Shown in pieces: positions 35,690 through 47,149 of a stretch of 64,000 bases of DNA. The notes beneath the pieces are model-generated. The model saw nothing but the letters and a program-made list of their open reading frames with translations, made no database searches and had not been told where the DNA came from. Source of the stretch: Podarcis muralis (taxonomy: Eukaryota); the NCBI RefSeq assembly GCF_964188315.1, contig NC_135670.1:26164001-26228000 (forward strand). Direction: 5' to 3'. The position numbers were made by a program, and so were the translations under genes. How positions within the stretch are numbered: the first letter of the stretch is position 1; the number at the start of each line of letters is the position of its first letter.

Positions 35690-36135
35690 CTGCCGAGAGC
35701 ATATAACACCAGCCCTGAAAGACCTACATTGGCTCACAATACGTTTCCAAGCACAATTCAAAGTGCTGGTGCTGACCTTTTCAGGCCCTACACAGCCTCG
35801 GTCCAGTATACCTGAAAGGAGCGTCTCCACCCCCATTGTTCAGCCCGGTCACTGAGGTCTAGCTCCGAGGGGCCTTCTGGCGGTTTCCCTCACTGCGAGA
35901 AGTGACGTTACAAGGAACCAGGCAGAGGACCTTCTCGATACTGGTGCCCCGTCCGCCCTGTGGAAAGCCCTCCCATCACAATGTCAAGGAGATAAAGAAG
36001 TCTCTGACTTTTAGAAGACATCTGAAGGCAACCATGTTTAGGGAATTTTTTAATGTTTGATGTTTTATTATGTTTTTAATATTCTGTTGGTAGCCTTCCA
36101 GAGTGGCTGGGGAGGCCCGGCCAGATGGGTGGGGT
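35690..36135 (+). mobile_element. L2 3' fragment
   Basis: EHITPALKDLHWL..FKVLVLTF.. homology plus the L2 3' tail. Confidence 0.8.
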
Positions 36136-36591
36136 ATAAGTAAATGGTGGTGGTGGTTTGGTGGTGATTGTATATTTTTCTTTGCTGTAAGTTACTTGGC
36201 AAACAACTAATAAGATATATAGATATAGATTTTTAAAAAGAAGATTGTTCCAAAGAAAACTCCCTTAAAAGAATCAAGTCTTTTTGTCCTAAGAAAGTCT
36301 TTAAAATAATTCCTCTAATATTTTTTTTTTAATTGTTCACTAGCACCTTAAAGACCAACTAAGTTTGTTCTTGGTATAAGCTTTTTGTGTGTCTGCACAC
36401 TTCTTCTGATATAACAACAGCAGCAGCAACAAACAACAACGGAAATTTTTAGAGCTGGAAGGGACCCCCAAGAGCCATCTAGTCCAACCCCTGCAACGCA
36501 AGGAAGTCCAAGCAAGGTGCCAGGGTGGACCAGAAGGAACTGCTGGGTATCCTTAAACCAGAGCGTGTTTTTGCACTGTGTTCAGACCCAC

Positions 36592-36756
36592 CTTGGCCAT
36601 GGGGAGACCCACAGGTCCCTTTCCTCGTCTTCTGCTGCAGGGCTGACTGCCAGCTGCTGTTGCGGTTCCTGCGGAATATGTGAGGCGGGTGGCTGTTAAT
36701 CAGTTCCTTCAGGCGCTTCAGCACCCCTTTCAGGGGCTTCTTCTTTGCCACCATTT
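36592..36756 (-). CDS. KRBA1-repeat-like gene: internal exon
   Basis: Acceptor TTTTTCTTCTTCTTGTTCAG, donor G|GTGGGT; 165 nt, phase 1-1; EMVAKKKPLKGVLKRLKELINSHPPHIFRRNRNSSWQSALQQKTRKGTCGSPHGQ. Confidence 0.7.
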
Positions 36757-37036
36757 CTGAACAAGAAGAAGAAAAAGCCATGTCATTGTTTGGGGAAGCA
36801 GCACCAAGCCAGGCTGGGAAAGGAAGGTGAAGAAGACTCAGGGAATTTTCACTGCTATCCAGAGGAAACAGTGCAAAACAGTCAGCCTTCACGCGTCCCA
36901 AAAGGTCCCTGCCAGATGTTTTGGACTAGAACTCCCATTAGCCCCCCAAACAGCTGTCTTCAAATATCTGAAAGGCTGTCCCACCATGGAAGATGGAACA
37001 AGAGGGCAGGACCTGAACCAATGGATTCAAATGAGA

Positions 37037-37800
37037 AGGACAGATTGGGAGAGGCTATGGAAAACAGATTTGAAATTCATGGCATGTTGTTCACTAAAAG
37101 AAAACTACAGGAAAATGATCTACCAGAGGTATTTGGCTCCTGTTAAATTAGCAAAAATGTACAGAACAAGTACAAATACTTGCTGTAAATGTAAAGAAAA
37201 AGGTACCTTTTATCGTATGTGGTGGACATGTAAAGTAGTAAAGAAAAAATTGGGAGATGATGTATAATGAAATGAAAAAAAAAGGTTTCAAAAATAACTT
37301 TTTGTTTAAAAAAACCAGAAGCTTTCTCATTAGGAATTACAGGTACCAAAATTCCAAAAGATCAGAAAAGATTGTTTATGTATGCAACAACATCCACACA
37401 GATGCTACTGGCCCAGAGATGGAAGGAAGAGACAACACCGATCAGAGAAGAATGGCAAATCAGGATGATGGACCATGCCAAAATGGCAAAATTAACTGGG
37501 AAGCTCAGAAATCAAGAAGACAATAACTTTAAAAAAGAATGGGAAAAGTTTGTAATTTTATATACGAGACCACTGCAAAGCAGGTTAAAAACATTGGCAG
37601 GATTTTAAACACACTTGTAATGTAAAGGAAACTATGGACAATTCAGCAGGAAAAAATATTTTTGATAAAATATTGATATTGCAGTTGTAATTATTTTCAT
37701 TAGGACCTATGGAAGGGATGGGGGAAAGTCAGGAGATTCAGAGTAATCTCAGTATTTGGATTTTGAATTGTTGTTTGTTGTATGTTTATATTTAAAAAAT
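37037..37800 (+). mobile_element. L1-clade 3' fragment nested in a CR1 remnant
   Basis: CCSLKENYRKMIYQRYLAPVKLAKMY..CCKCKEKGTFYRMWWTC, ATTSTQMLLAQRWK; flanked by TCAAATGA on both sides. Confidence 0.8.
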
Positions 37801-37958
37801 CAAATGAAAACAGAGAAGGAAAGAGATTCTGACTCAATCACAGAAACGACTTTCTGATGGGAAGAGCTCTTCGATGGTGGAACAAGCATCACAGACCACA
37901 GCCAAGAGAACAGGTCCATTCCTTTGTCCCAAACCTCCTCCTTCCCAAGTTTACAAAC

Positions 37959-38021
37959 CTTGCTCTTCTTCCTTCCAGGAATCTAGCACAGGTTGGTGGC
38001 CAGGATCTGCAGCAGCTTCTG
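37959..38021 (-). CDS. KRBA1-repeat-like gene: short internal exon
   Basis: Acceptor TTTCTTTTGTTTCAG, donor G|GTTTGT; 63 nt, phase 1-1; EAAADPGHQPVLDSWKEEEQ. Confidence 0.55.
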
Positions 38022-38825
38022 CTGAAACAAAAGAAATCAAGGAATGCATTGCATCAGCGTTTGGGGCTGTCCCCTGCTGGAATTTTTAGGTGTAACTCTT
38101 TCCATTAGATGGGAAGAAGATAAAGGTCCCCTCCCAGAGAAGAAATGGCAGATCAAGTTGATGGACTATGCCGAAATGGCCAAATGACTGGAAGAACCAG
38201 AAGTCAGGAAGACCAAAATTTCAATAAGGGATGGGGAAAATGTATAACCTGTCTTAAAAACTATTGCAAACAGTTAGTAGGATTGGAATATTACTTGCAG
38301 TTTAAGGGTGAATTTTGGACACACAAAGGGGAGGAGGGAAGTCCAGGAGATTCCTTGGAATCTTGTTTCTATGTTATATGTTTGATATGTGACTGAAAAG
38401 TTTGAATCTGAAAAACCAAATAAATAAATCTGAGTGCAACTCAGGTTGCTGAGAGGAGTTTGCATGGAGTAACAGGGTTTGTCATTTTAGGAGGTGAAAC
38501 TTAACTGTTGTTCATTTCTTCGGTGAAGGGTCTTAAAAATATGTTTCTGGGATGTGAGGAATTCAAATCCGCTATTATTTTTGTGATGCTGGAAGCTGAA
38601 GAAATTCGACATGCCCTGATGGGTTAATGGAGTGGGGGAACCCCAGCTCCCCTGGACCATCTTCTCTATGCTGACATCTCTCTTGTCTCTTTGATGTTTA
38701 GAGGGAGAAACCTGAGGTTGCATCCAGCTTTACGGTTCCCTGCTCCTCTTCCCATTCTTAATCTGGACCTCCAGGGGGAGAGGTCCTCTTGGATCTACCT
38801 CCTGAGAGGAAAGGGGCAAGGCCGC

Positions 38826-39078
38826 CTTCTGTGGTGTAGTGGTTAAGAGTGGTGGACACGTAATCTGGTGAACTGGGTTCGATTCCCTGCTCCTCCACAT
38901 GCAGCTGCTGGGTGACCTTGGGCTAGTCACACTTCTCTGAAGTCTCTCAGCCCCACTTCCCTCACAGAGTGGTTGTTGTGGGGGAGGAAGGGAAAGGAGA
39001 ATGTTAGCCGCTTTGAGACTCTGTCGGGTAGTGATAAAGCGGGATATCAAATCCAAACTCTTCTTCTCTTCTCTCTCT
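38826..39078 (+). mobile_element. CORE-type SINE (Squam3/MIR-like)
   Basis: A box TGGTGTAGTGG, B box GGTTCGATTCC, CORE GGTGACCTTGGGCTAGTCAC and a CT-rich tail. Confidence 0.8.
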
Positions 39079-39603
39079 CCAACCAGACAGCCAGGACTAT
39101 AGAACTCTTTCCCTAACCTTTAATAAATGTAGAAACGTGAGGAGTTTGCTGGGTCTGGCCAATGGCCTTTCTAGCCCAGCATCCTCTTCTCACAGTGGCC
39201 AAAGAGATGTCTGTGGTAAACCCTGCAGCAGAACCCGAGCCCAAGAGCTCTCTCCCCTCCCGCGGTTTTGAGCAATTGGTAATTCAGAGGCGGCAGAGCA
39301 GAGCCGTCCTGGCCAGGAGCCCCCGGCAGCCCTCTCCTCCTCCATCAATTTGTCTAGCCCTCTTTCAAAGCCATCCAAGTCGCTGGCCATCGCTGCCTCC
39401 TGTGGCAGGGAGTTCCACAGTTCAACTTTGTGCTGTGGGGAGGATTTTGTTTTATCTCCCCTGAGTCTTCCAACCTTCAGATTCCTGCACACTAGTGGGA
39501 GAGGGGGAGAACTATCCCCTCTCTTCATGCCAGGCATCAGTTTATCGTTTTCTACCATGTCGCCTCTTTGAACTGGACTGTGGGGTTCCCTCTCTCCTTC
39601 TAC

Positions 39604-39654
39604 CTCCATGGGGGGATCCTTCAGGACCTCCTCTGCTTGGCTCCGCCTCTCCCG
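39604..39654 (-). CDS. KRBA1-repeat-like gene: possible short exon
   Basis: TCTTGCAG|CGGGAGAG..CATGGAG|GTAGAA; 51 nt, phase 1-1; GEAEPSRGGPEGSPHG. An alternative phase-1 donor at 39556 lies inside a CR1 remnant. The donor is weak. Confidence 0.3.
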
Positions 39655-39862
39655 CTGCAAGACGGTCCAGAGGGTCGGTGGGCGTGGCTTGAGGAGGAGG
39701 CTTGGCTTGGATACATTTTGGGTTTTTACCTTGTATTTTTATGTTATGAACCCCGCTGAGATCTATGGAGGATGAACAGCATACTAATGAATGAATTACT
39801 AGCAAGGTGGAGGTCCCTGGTCAAACCTACTGCCATAAAGGTCTACCCACAGCCTCACTTAC

Positions 39863-40159
39863 TTGTGGGATGTGATCCAACCATCCCTTGCCAGGATCCC
39901 CTGGGTACCCCGTCGCCCAGACCCTTGGCATCGCCAGGTGGGATGTTGGAGGGGAACAGCTGGCTCATGGCAATGTTGGCCAGGAATCTCTCCAGGATGG
40001 AGAGCGGGGAGGCTGACGAAGCTTGGCTGCCCATGGTGATAAGCTCTGGTTCTTGGGTGGAAGGAAGCCCCCTTTCCTCCTCTGGAGTGAGCAATGCGCT
40101 CCAAGGCCTGAACTCCGTCCCCTTCTGCCACAAAGTCCAATCCACCTTTGATCTCGTGT
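39863..40159 (-). CDS. KRBA1-repeat-like gene: internal exon
   Basis: Acceptor TTTTTGTTCTTCCTAG, donor A|GTAAGT; 297 nt, phase 1-1; contains SSASPLSILERFLANIAMSQLFP. Confidence 0.75.
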
Positions 40160-40384
40160 CTAGGAAGAACAAAAACACTCCAACTGAAGGTGCTGAGGGA
40201 TGGGACGCCTCTCCTATCCTCTCCGAGGCCTCAGCCCCCGGCTGTTTTGGAACTACAGTTCCCATCATTCCTGACCACTGGACATGCTAGCTAGCAATGA
40301 TGGGAGTTGCAGTCCAACAACAGCTGGGGACCCAAGGTTGAGAAAGACTACATAAGCTGGTAGCAATGGTTCTCCAGCATACTG

Positions 40385-40916
40385 CCTCGCCAGGGTGGCA
40401 CATGTTCTGGCTACCTCCCTCTTGGACTACCGCAATGCGCTCTACATGGGGCTACCTTTGAAGGTGACCCAGAGACTATGATCAATCCAGAATGTGGCAG
40501 CTAAACTGGTGCCTGGGAGTGGCCACCAAGACCACATAACACTGGTCCAGAAAGACCTACATTGGCTCCCAGTACGTTTCTGAGCACAATTCAAAGTGTT
40601 GGTGCTGACCTTTCAGGCCCTAAATTGCCTTGTCCCTGTATACCTGAAGGAGCGTCTCCACCCCCATTGTTCAGCCCGGACACTGAGGTCCAGATCCGAG
40701 GGCCTTCTGGTGGTTCCCTCCCTGCTAGAAGTGAGGTTACAGGGAACTAGGCAGAGGGCCTTCTCGGTAGTGGCACCCACCCTGTGGAACGTATTCCCAT
40801 CAGATATCAAGGAGATAAAGAAGTATCTGACTTTTAGAAGACATCTGAAGGCAGCCCTATTTAGGGAAGCTTTTAATGTTTGATGTTTTATCGTGTTTTT
40901 CATATTCTATTGGGAG
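40385..40916 (+). mobile_element. L2 3' fragment
   Basis: ORF 40596-40883: FKVLVLTFQALNCL..RAFSVVAPTLWNVFPSDIKEIKKYLTFRRHLKAALFREAFNV. Confidence 0.85.
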
Positions 40917-40935
40917 CCACATGGAGGTGGCAACC

Positions 40936-41078
40936 NNNNNNNNNNNNNNNNNNNNNNNNNNNNNNNNNNNNNNNNNNNNNNNNNNNNNNNNNNNNNNNNN
41001 NNNNNNNNNNNNNNNNNNNNNNNNNNNNNNNNNNNNNNNNNNNNNNNNNNNNNNNNNNNNNNNNNNNNNNNNNNNNNN
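40936..41078. other. Assembly gap (143 N)
   Basis: Run of N in the supplied sequence. Confidence 0.99.
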
Positions 41079-41140
41079 TTCCAAGAGATCTGGGTCAAAG
41101 TCAGATCTGATAGAATCTGCGCCCTGAAAACCTCTATTTA

Positions 41141-41398
41141 CCGTATTTTTCGCTCTATAAGACGCACCAGACCACAAGACGCACCTAGTTTTTGGAGGAG
41201 GTAAACAAGAAAAAAATATTCTGAATCTCAGAAGCCAGAACAGCAAGAGGGATCGCTGCGCAGTGAAAGCAGCAATCCCTCTTGCTGTTCTGGCTTCTGG
41301 GATAGCTGCGCAGCCTGCATTCGCTCCATAAGACGCACGCACATTTCCCCCTACTCTTTAGGAGGGAAAAAGTGAGTCTTATAGAGCAAAAAATACGG
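41141..41398. mobile_element. Tc1/mariner-pogo MITE
   Basis: TIR CCGTATTTTTCGCTCTATAAGAC / GTCTTATAGAGCAAAAAATACGG with TA TSD. Confidence 0.85.
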
Positions 41399-41622
41399 TA
41401 CTTTCCAAGAGAGAAAAAAGATAACCTCCTCAGCCCTTCACAGCTAAAGGGGTGATGTAGGTGCTCAGAGGCTTTCCAGGTACTGATGTCAGGTTAGTAA
41501 GCTCCGATTTAAATGTACACCTGCCCTACCAAGAAGGTGCAAGGCAGGTGACATCACCTGCCTCCACCACCATTGTCTGCCCTTCCCACTGCCTTGCTAG
41601 AGGTGCAACTCCAGAGGCTCAC

Positions 41623-41799
41623 CTTCCTGGGCTGAACTCAGGGCCTCCACCTCCTCCATGGTCCACGGGTGCTGCCTCTCCGGGGAGCTGCTGTTGGAGG
41701 AGATGGCAGTTGGCAACCACAGCTGGCTGGGGGGGTTCTGGGGCAGCTCCCTCAGGCACCGCTCCAGGCCTTGCAAGGGGGTGCTGTTCCAGCTGGGTC
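41623..41799 (-). CDS. KRBA1-repeat-like gene: internal exon with the best repeat match
   Basis: Acceptor CCCTTTCTCGGTAG, donor G|GTGAGC; 177 nt, phase 1-1; PSWNSTPLQGLERCLRELPQNPPSQLWLP..PWTMEEVEALSSAQE. Confidence 0.78.
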
Positions 41800-42654
41800 C
41801 TACCGAGAAAGGGCATGCAAAGCTGTCAGCTACACAACTGCACCATGCTGCTGTTCATTTATTATCCAGGTACCAACTTTCATTCCAAGAAGAAATACCA
41901 AAACAGTCAAGGAATCATGGAATCACGGAGTTGGAAGGGACTCATAGAGTCATCTAGACCAACCCCATGCAAGACAGAGATAGTATCTTAAGAATAAGAA
42001 TAAGAATAAGAATTTATTATTTGTACCCCGCCCATCTGGCTGGGTTTCCCCAGCCACTCTGGGCGGCTTCCATAGAAACCAAAAAACACTAAAATATCAT
42101 ATCATACATTAAAAACTTCCCTGGACAGGGCTGCCTTAAGATGTCTTCTGAATGTCAGGTAGTTGTTTATCGTTTTGACATCTGATGGGAGGGCAACAGC
42201 AAAACAACACTCAAACCGATTGCAGAAACACAGCTACTTGGAATTAAAATTTACAGTAAAACAACAGGTTTGAAACATGCATAATTAAAATATATAATGT
42301 ATACAGCGTAACAATTAAAATAGTTAGACTAGCCGTTCCCTAAAACATCAAACATTGAAAATTATTATTATTTCTGAAGGCAGCCCTGTATAGGGAAGTT
42401 TTTAATGTTTGATGTTCTATTATTGGGGGGGGTGTTATTGGGTTGCTGTTTTTATTGATTATATATGCTGTTTTTATTGTTGGGTTGTTGTTTTTATTCA
42501 TTATATATGCTGCTGGAGGAGGGCAGGGCGTGGCTTTATTTGACGGGGGTGGAGGGAGGGAGGAGGAGAAGGCAGGATCTACATCAGATTGCTGCCTGCA
42601 CAGCATTCTTTGATGGGGGTGGAGGGAGGGAGAGAAAACTTCAATGTGGGGGAT

Positions 42655-43205
42655 GTGACAAAAATATTTTCACACCGGGTACCACCTGACCTTGCTACGC
42701 CACTACCTAGAGGGGCACAGGCAGTGGGACATCCAGTCAGTGTAACTGCCTGTTCCACTGGTCTGGACCTTTTCCTCCTGCATGTGACCTGGGAGATGCG
42801 CCTGGCTCTGGCTGACTCCATAAAAGAGCCGAGTCATGCAGCCATTTTCTCGGTTGTTGTTTTTCTCTTGTCTTGCTTGCTGATCTTTTGCTGCCACGCT
42901 GCTCTCCTGCAGCCATTTTGTGATCTTAATGTGATTTTGCTATCTGCTGGCTCTCAGCCAGCAGCACCTGAGTTCTCACACGGTTTCTTTGTGTAACTAT
43001 CAAGCAAAGTCTGCTTTTCAGGGATCATATCGCAAACTGAAATGTGTCAACTTTTTGTTACTTTACTCAGAAAGACTCTTGTGTTGTTATTCTTTTAAGA
43101 GGGATCAAAAGGGAACACCAGAAATAAACTTAACTAAGAGATTAAAACGAACCTGCAAACTAGCTTCCAGCTATATTGAGGGGTATCTGCTCTGCTACAT
43201 CACTT
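42655..43205 (+). mobile_element. Putative LTR-like element
   Basis: Starts TGTGAC and carries ATAAAAGAGCC followed by a pyrimidine-rich tract; ends and TSD not resolved. Confidence 0.3.
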
Positions 43206-43369
43206 ACTAGTGTGAGGGAGGGAAATATCTTTTAGGTTGAGGTTCAAGCATAATTATTACTCTACTTTTTTAGCAGTCAGTCGTGTTTTCATTGTTCATC
43301 AACTGATTATTCACTATCTTCTCCATTTATGGGCTGTTTGTGTCCCCCCCCCCCCCCCAAGTTCTTTCC

Positions 43370-44430
43370 AGTATTTTATCCAAAAGATATTAGCATCCTT
43401 TACCGTTTCAAATCATTTTCTTTTTCCTTTGAAATAGAAATTCTCTCTGGAAATTCCCACCTAAAATCAATAGACTTAGCTTTTAATGCCTTCGCTAGAA
43501 ATTGAAATTTGTCTCTTTTCTTAAGCAGACAGGGTGGGATTTCCTTTTAAATTATAATCTCCTTTCCATTGATTTTTATTTCATTTCTCTACTTGTCATT
43601 AGTATCTTATCTTTAATCCAATTTGAAGTAAACCTTACAATACAATCTCCTGGCCATTTATTAGCTTTCACTTTCACGGAGTTGACTCTGAATATTTTTT
43701 CTGTGTGTCTGAGTACGTCCTCTTTCTGTAATCCTAACCAGGTGGTTAGATTCTCTATTATTTTCTTCTGTAAATTTTCCCAAGGTTCCTCGGGTATCCC
43801 TCAAAATCTCAGTATTTTCTCTCTACAGTGGTACCTCGGGTTAAGAACTTAATTCGTTCTGGAGGTCTGTTCTTAACCTGAAACTGTTCTTAACCTGAAG
43901 CACCACTTTAGCTAATGGGGCCTCCCGCTGCTGCCGTGCTGCTGCGCGATTTCTGTTCTCATCCTGAAGCAAAGTTCTTAACCCAAGGTAATATTTATGG
44001 GTTAGCGGAGTCTGTAACCTGAAGTGTATGTAACCTGAAGCGTATGTAACCCGAGGTACCACGGTACTTTGCATTTGTAGAATTGCAAGTGTATCCTAGG
44101 TAGCTTCTTGTTTGATTTTAAACTCATCTATTTCTTTTTAAAATTTATTATATTCTTTCCTTGGTTCTCTATTCTCTTTTGTTATTTTCTTCGCAACTTC
44201 CTCCTAACCTTGAGTCTTGTTTTTTATTTCTTGTATATTTTTTTAGTGTTCTTTGTTCTGTACTGTAAGCTCATTCACCTGCCCGACAAATGCTTCTGAG
44301 ACTTTTGAGTTTGCCTCCATTCTTCCTTCCATTCTAATTTCTCTTCTAGTCCTTTAACCCTTTCATTCATTTCTTTTTTCATTTCACCTAGATCTTTTTT
44401 CATTTCTCCTATATCTGTTTTCAAGGCCAG
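43370..44430 (-). mobile_element. Degenerate L1-clade ORF1 fragment
   Basis: Coiled-coil-like start, then approximately GIPEEPWENLQKKIIENL..IFRVNS..WPGDCIVRF..FRWEFPE with stops and frameshifts; interrupted by a MITE. Confidence 0.7.
43826..44064. mobile_element. Tigger-like MITE nested in L1 ORF1
   Basis: TIR CAGTGGTACCTCGGGTTA / TAACCCGAGGTACCACGG with TA TSD. Confidence 0.88.
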
Positions 44431-44602
44431 GATGAGCCCCCTGGGTGGAACACAGGACCTGGCTAAGTGTGGACAAGCATAGATCCCATCTGCCTTCTCC
44501 AGTCACTGCGACTGCCTCACTCCTCCCTTCAAATACCCTCCCACCCCATGTTTTCTGAACCAACCAGTCCATCCGCCCCACCCTGTCTGGACTCTGCCTC
44601 AC

Positions 44603-44761
44603 CCTCCAAATAGGGGACCCATATCCATAGGTCAATTCCTGTCTCTGGGCTGCTGTGAGCAAGGGTTCCATCGGGGAGGCTAGAGGCCAGGTCTCGCTCC
44701 TCAGGGTCTTCCTTCAGGTCTTGCACAAGGTTCCCATCCTCAAATTGCTCTTCCATTTTAA
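44603..44761 (-). CDS. KRBA1-repeat-like gene: internal exon
   Basis: Acceptor TTTTTTTGCAACAG|TTAAAATG, donor G|GTGAGG; 159 nt, phase 1-1; VKMEEQFEDGNLVQDLKEDPEERDLASSLPDGTLAHSSPETGIDLWIWVPYLE. Confidence 0.68.
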
Positions 44762-44964
44762 CTGTTGCAAAAAAACAAGGGAGGGGGGAACCAGGGTCAA
44801 AGTGGAGCCAATCCTAATCTTTTCTCTCCCCCCATCACCCACCCTGCCTGAGAATTTCTGGTAATCCAAGGCAAACCATATTCAGATCAATTCCTTTGGA
44901 AAGAACAGAATCCAAACATACATTCACACCCCTGAAGTCCCTTTGAGAAGGGCCATAGCTCAGT

Positions 44965-46031
44965 GGCAGAATATCTGCTTTGACAAAGTTAAGCTTGGTG
45001 GATCGGGGATGCTCTGGACATAGTGCATCTTGAATTCAGTCAGGCTTTTGACAAATTCCCTCATGATATTCTCATGAGGAAGCTGGTAAAATGTGGGCTG
45101 AACGAGGTAACTGTTAGGTGGATTTGTAGCTGGTTGACTGACCAAACCCAGAGTACTCATTAATGGTTCGTCATCCTGGAAAAAAAGCGACAAGTGGGTG
45201 CCGCAGGGTTCTGTCCTGGGCAAGTTGTTGTTTAACGTTTTCTTAAATGACTTGGATGAAGGAATTGAGGGGATGCTCATCAAATTTGCAGATGACACCA
45301 AACTGGGAGGGGTATCTAACGCCACAGAAGACAGAATCAGAATTCAAAATGACATTAACAGATTGGAGAACTGGGCCCAAACTAACAGAGTTAATTTCAG
45401 TAGGGACAAATGTAAAGTTCTTCACCTAGGCAGGAAGAACCCGATGCACAAATATAAGATGGGGGACACCTGGAGAAGGATCAAGGAGCCTTGGTGGACT
45501 ACAAGCTTAACACGAGTCAACAGTGTGATGCAGCAGCAGCAGGGGGGGGAAAAGAGGGAAAGAAAAAAAAACTAATATTATTCTAGGCTGTATCAACAGA
45601 AGTCTAGTGTCCTGATCCAAGGAAGTAATAGTCCCTCTCTTTTCTGCCTTGGCCAGACCGCACCTGGAGTCATATGTCCAGTTCTGGGCACCACAGTTTG
45701 AGAAGGATGTTGACAAGCTGCAAGGTGTGCAGAGGAGGGCAATCAAGATGATCAAAGGTCTGGAAACCAAGCCTTAGGAGGAAGGGTTGAGGAAGTTGGG
45801 GATGTTTAGCCTAGAGAAGACTGAGATGTGATAAAATAGCCATCTTCAAATAACTGAAAGACTGTTGCATGGAATATGGAGCAAGCTTGTTTTCCGCTGC
45901 TCCAGAGGGGGGTCACCCCAACCAATGAATTCAAATGACAAGGAAGGGGATTCTGAAAGAGACACCAGGAAGAACTTTATGATAGTGAGAACTGTCTGAC
46001 AGTGGAAGGGGCTCCTTCAGAAAGTGGTGAA
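44965..46031 (+). mobile_element. CR1 RT/3' fragment
   Basis: PQGSVLGKLLFNVFLNDLDEGIEGMLIKFADDTKLGG motif (ORF 45198-45575) and downstream CR1 sequence. Confidence 0.9.
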
Positions 46032-46557
46032 GGTTTTGAAAACAGGTTTACGAACTTAATCCGTTCCTGAAGTCCATTCTTAAACTGAATCCATTCTTAA
46101 ACTGAGGCACATTTTCCCTAATGAGGCCTCCTGCCGGCGGTGCCCTTCCACCGTTTGGATTCCGTTTGTAGACTGAGGTAAAGTTCACAAACCAGAACAC
46201 TACTTCCGGTTTTGTGGAGTTTGTAAACCGAATAGTTTGTAAACAGGGCTGTACGTAAACCGAGATACCGCCATAGAAGCATTCTAATTCACAATTACCT
46301 CACTGTTTGCAATCCTTCTACCCAGATTCAACTTTTCTGAGACCCTTTGCTTTTATGGAAAAGTGACATTTCCCTTTCTTACAACTCCGACCATGTCACC
46401 TCTTTGAATTGGGTTTTGCATGGCTACTACTCCTGTGTAATCATGGAGTTTTTTGGCCTGGGGCTTACTCCAAGTCCCCTCCCTAGTTGCCGCCCCTCAT
46501 TCCTAGGTCCCAGTTTGGGATACAACATTAAAACGCAGTATTAAAACAACCTACAAG

Positions 46558-46723
46558 CGTTTCTGTGCGCTGCTCTGGTTCGCCAGAAGTGGCTTAGTCA
46601 TGCCAGCCACATGACCCGGAAACTGTTTGCCGGCTCCCTCGGCCAATAAAGTGAGACAAGCGCCGCAACCCCAGAGTCGGTCACAACTGGACTTAATGGT
46701 CAGGGGTCCCTTTACCTTTACCT
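46558..46723 (+). mobile_element. Sauria-type SINE, 5'-truncated
   Basis: 3' half plus the TTTACCTTTACCTT tail. Confidence 0.85.
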
Positions 46724-47149
46724 TACAAGCATAAAAAACGAGCCGGGTCCTAAAAACAGACACCTCAGACGTCAGAAGCCGGGTTCTAGAGGTGCGTCTT
46801 CCGTATCCTCTGGAAGCTGTGTAAGGAAGGTGCCAGGAGTACCTCTTTGGGGAGGGAGTTCCACTGTTTAGGGGCCGCCACAGAGAAGGCCCTGCCCTGG
46901 GGGGTGCCCCACTGCGATCCTCTGAGGGAGGAGAAATTACCGAGAGGCAGCACCCAAGAGGGTCTGTAAGGAAGGAAGGTTCTGGAGGGTAATGGCTGCG
47001 TCAGTTTGTTGCTGGGAATGAAGCATTCCTGAGCATTCCATTCTCACACAGTTCCATAACTGCCACCTTGGAGACAGCATCATTTAAATGGTTCCACAGC
47101 AACTGGCAAAAGCAAAGGAGGCCAGAACTTTTTGCCACATGAATCAAAT

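Noticed and set aside
38487-38811. Candidate exon next to the CORE-SINE
   Set aside because: The phase-1 frame stops after 14 codons and the only earlier donor (GTCCAG) is poor.
39190-39660. 156-aa ORF, and its QRGDMV similarity to about 46390
   Set aside because: It is the CR1 ORF2 tail (RGDMIEVYK..LWNSLPQE), so the shared motif reflects repeat origin rather than exon duplication.
40857-41342. ORFs spanning the N run
   Set aside because: They are artefacts of translating through the gap.
46750-46970. Strong minus-strand acceptor (CCTTCCTTCCTTACAG) as another hidden exon
   Set aside because: The downstream sequence is an L2 tail remnant and no phase-1 donor is available.
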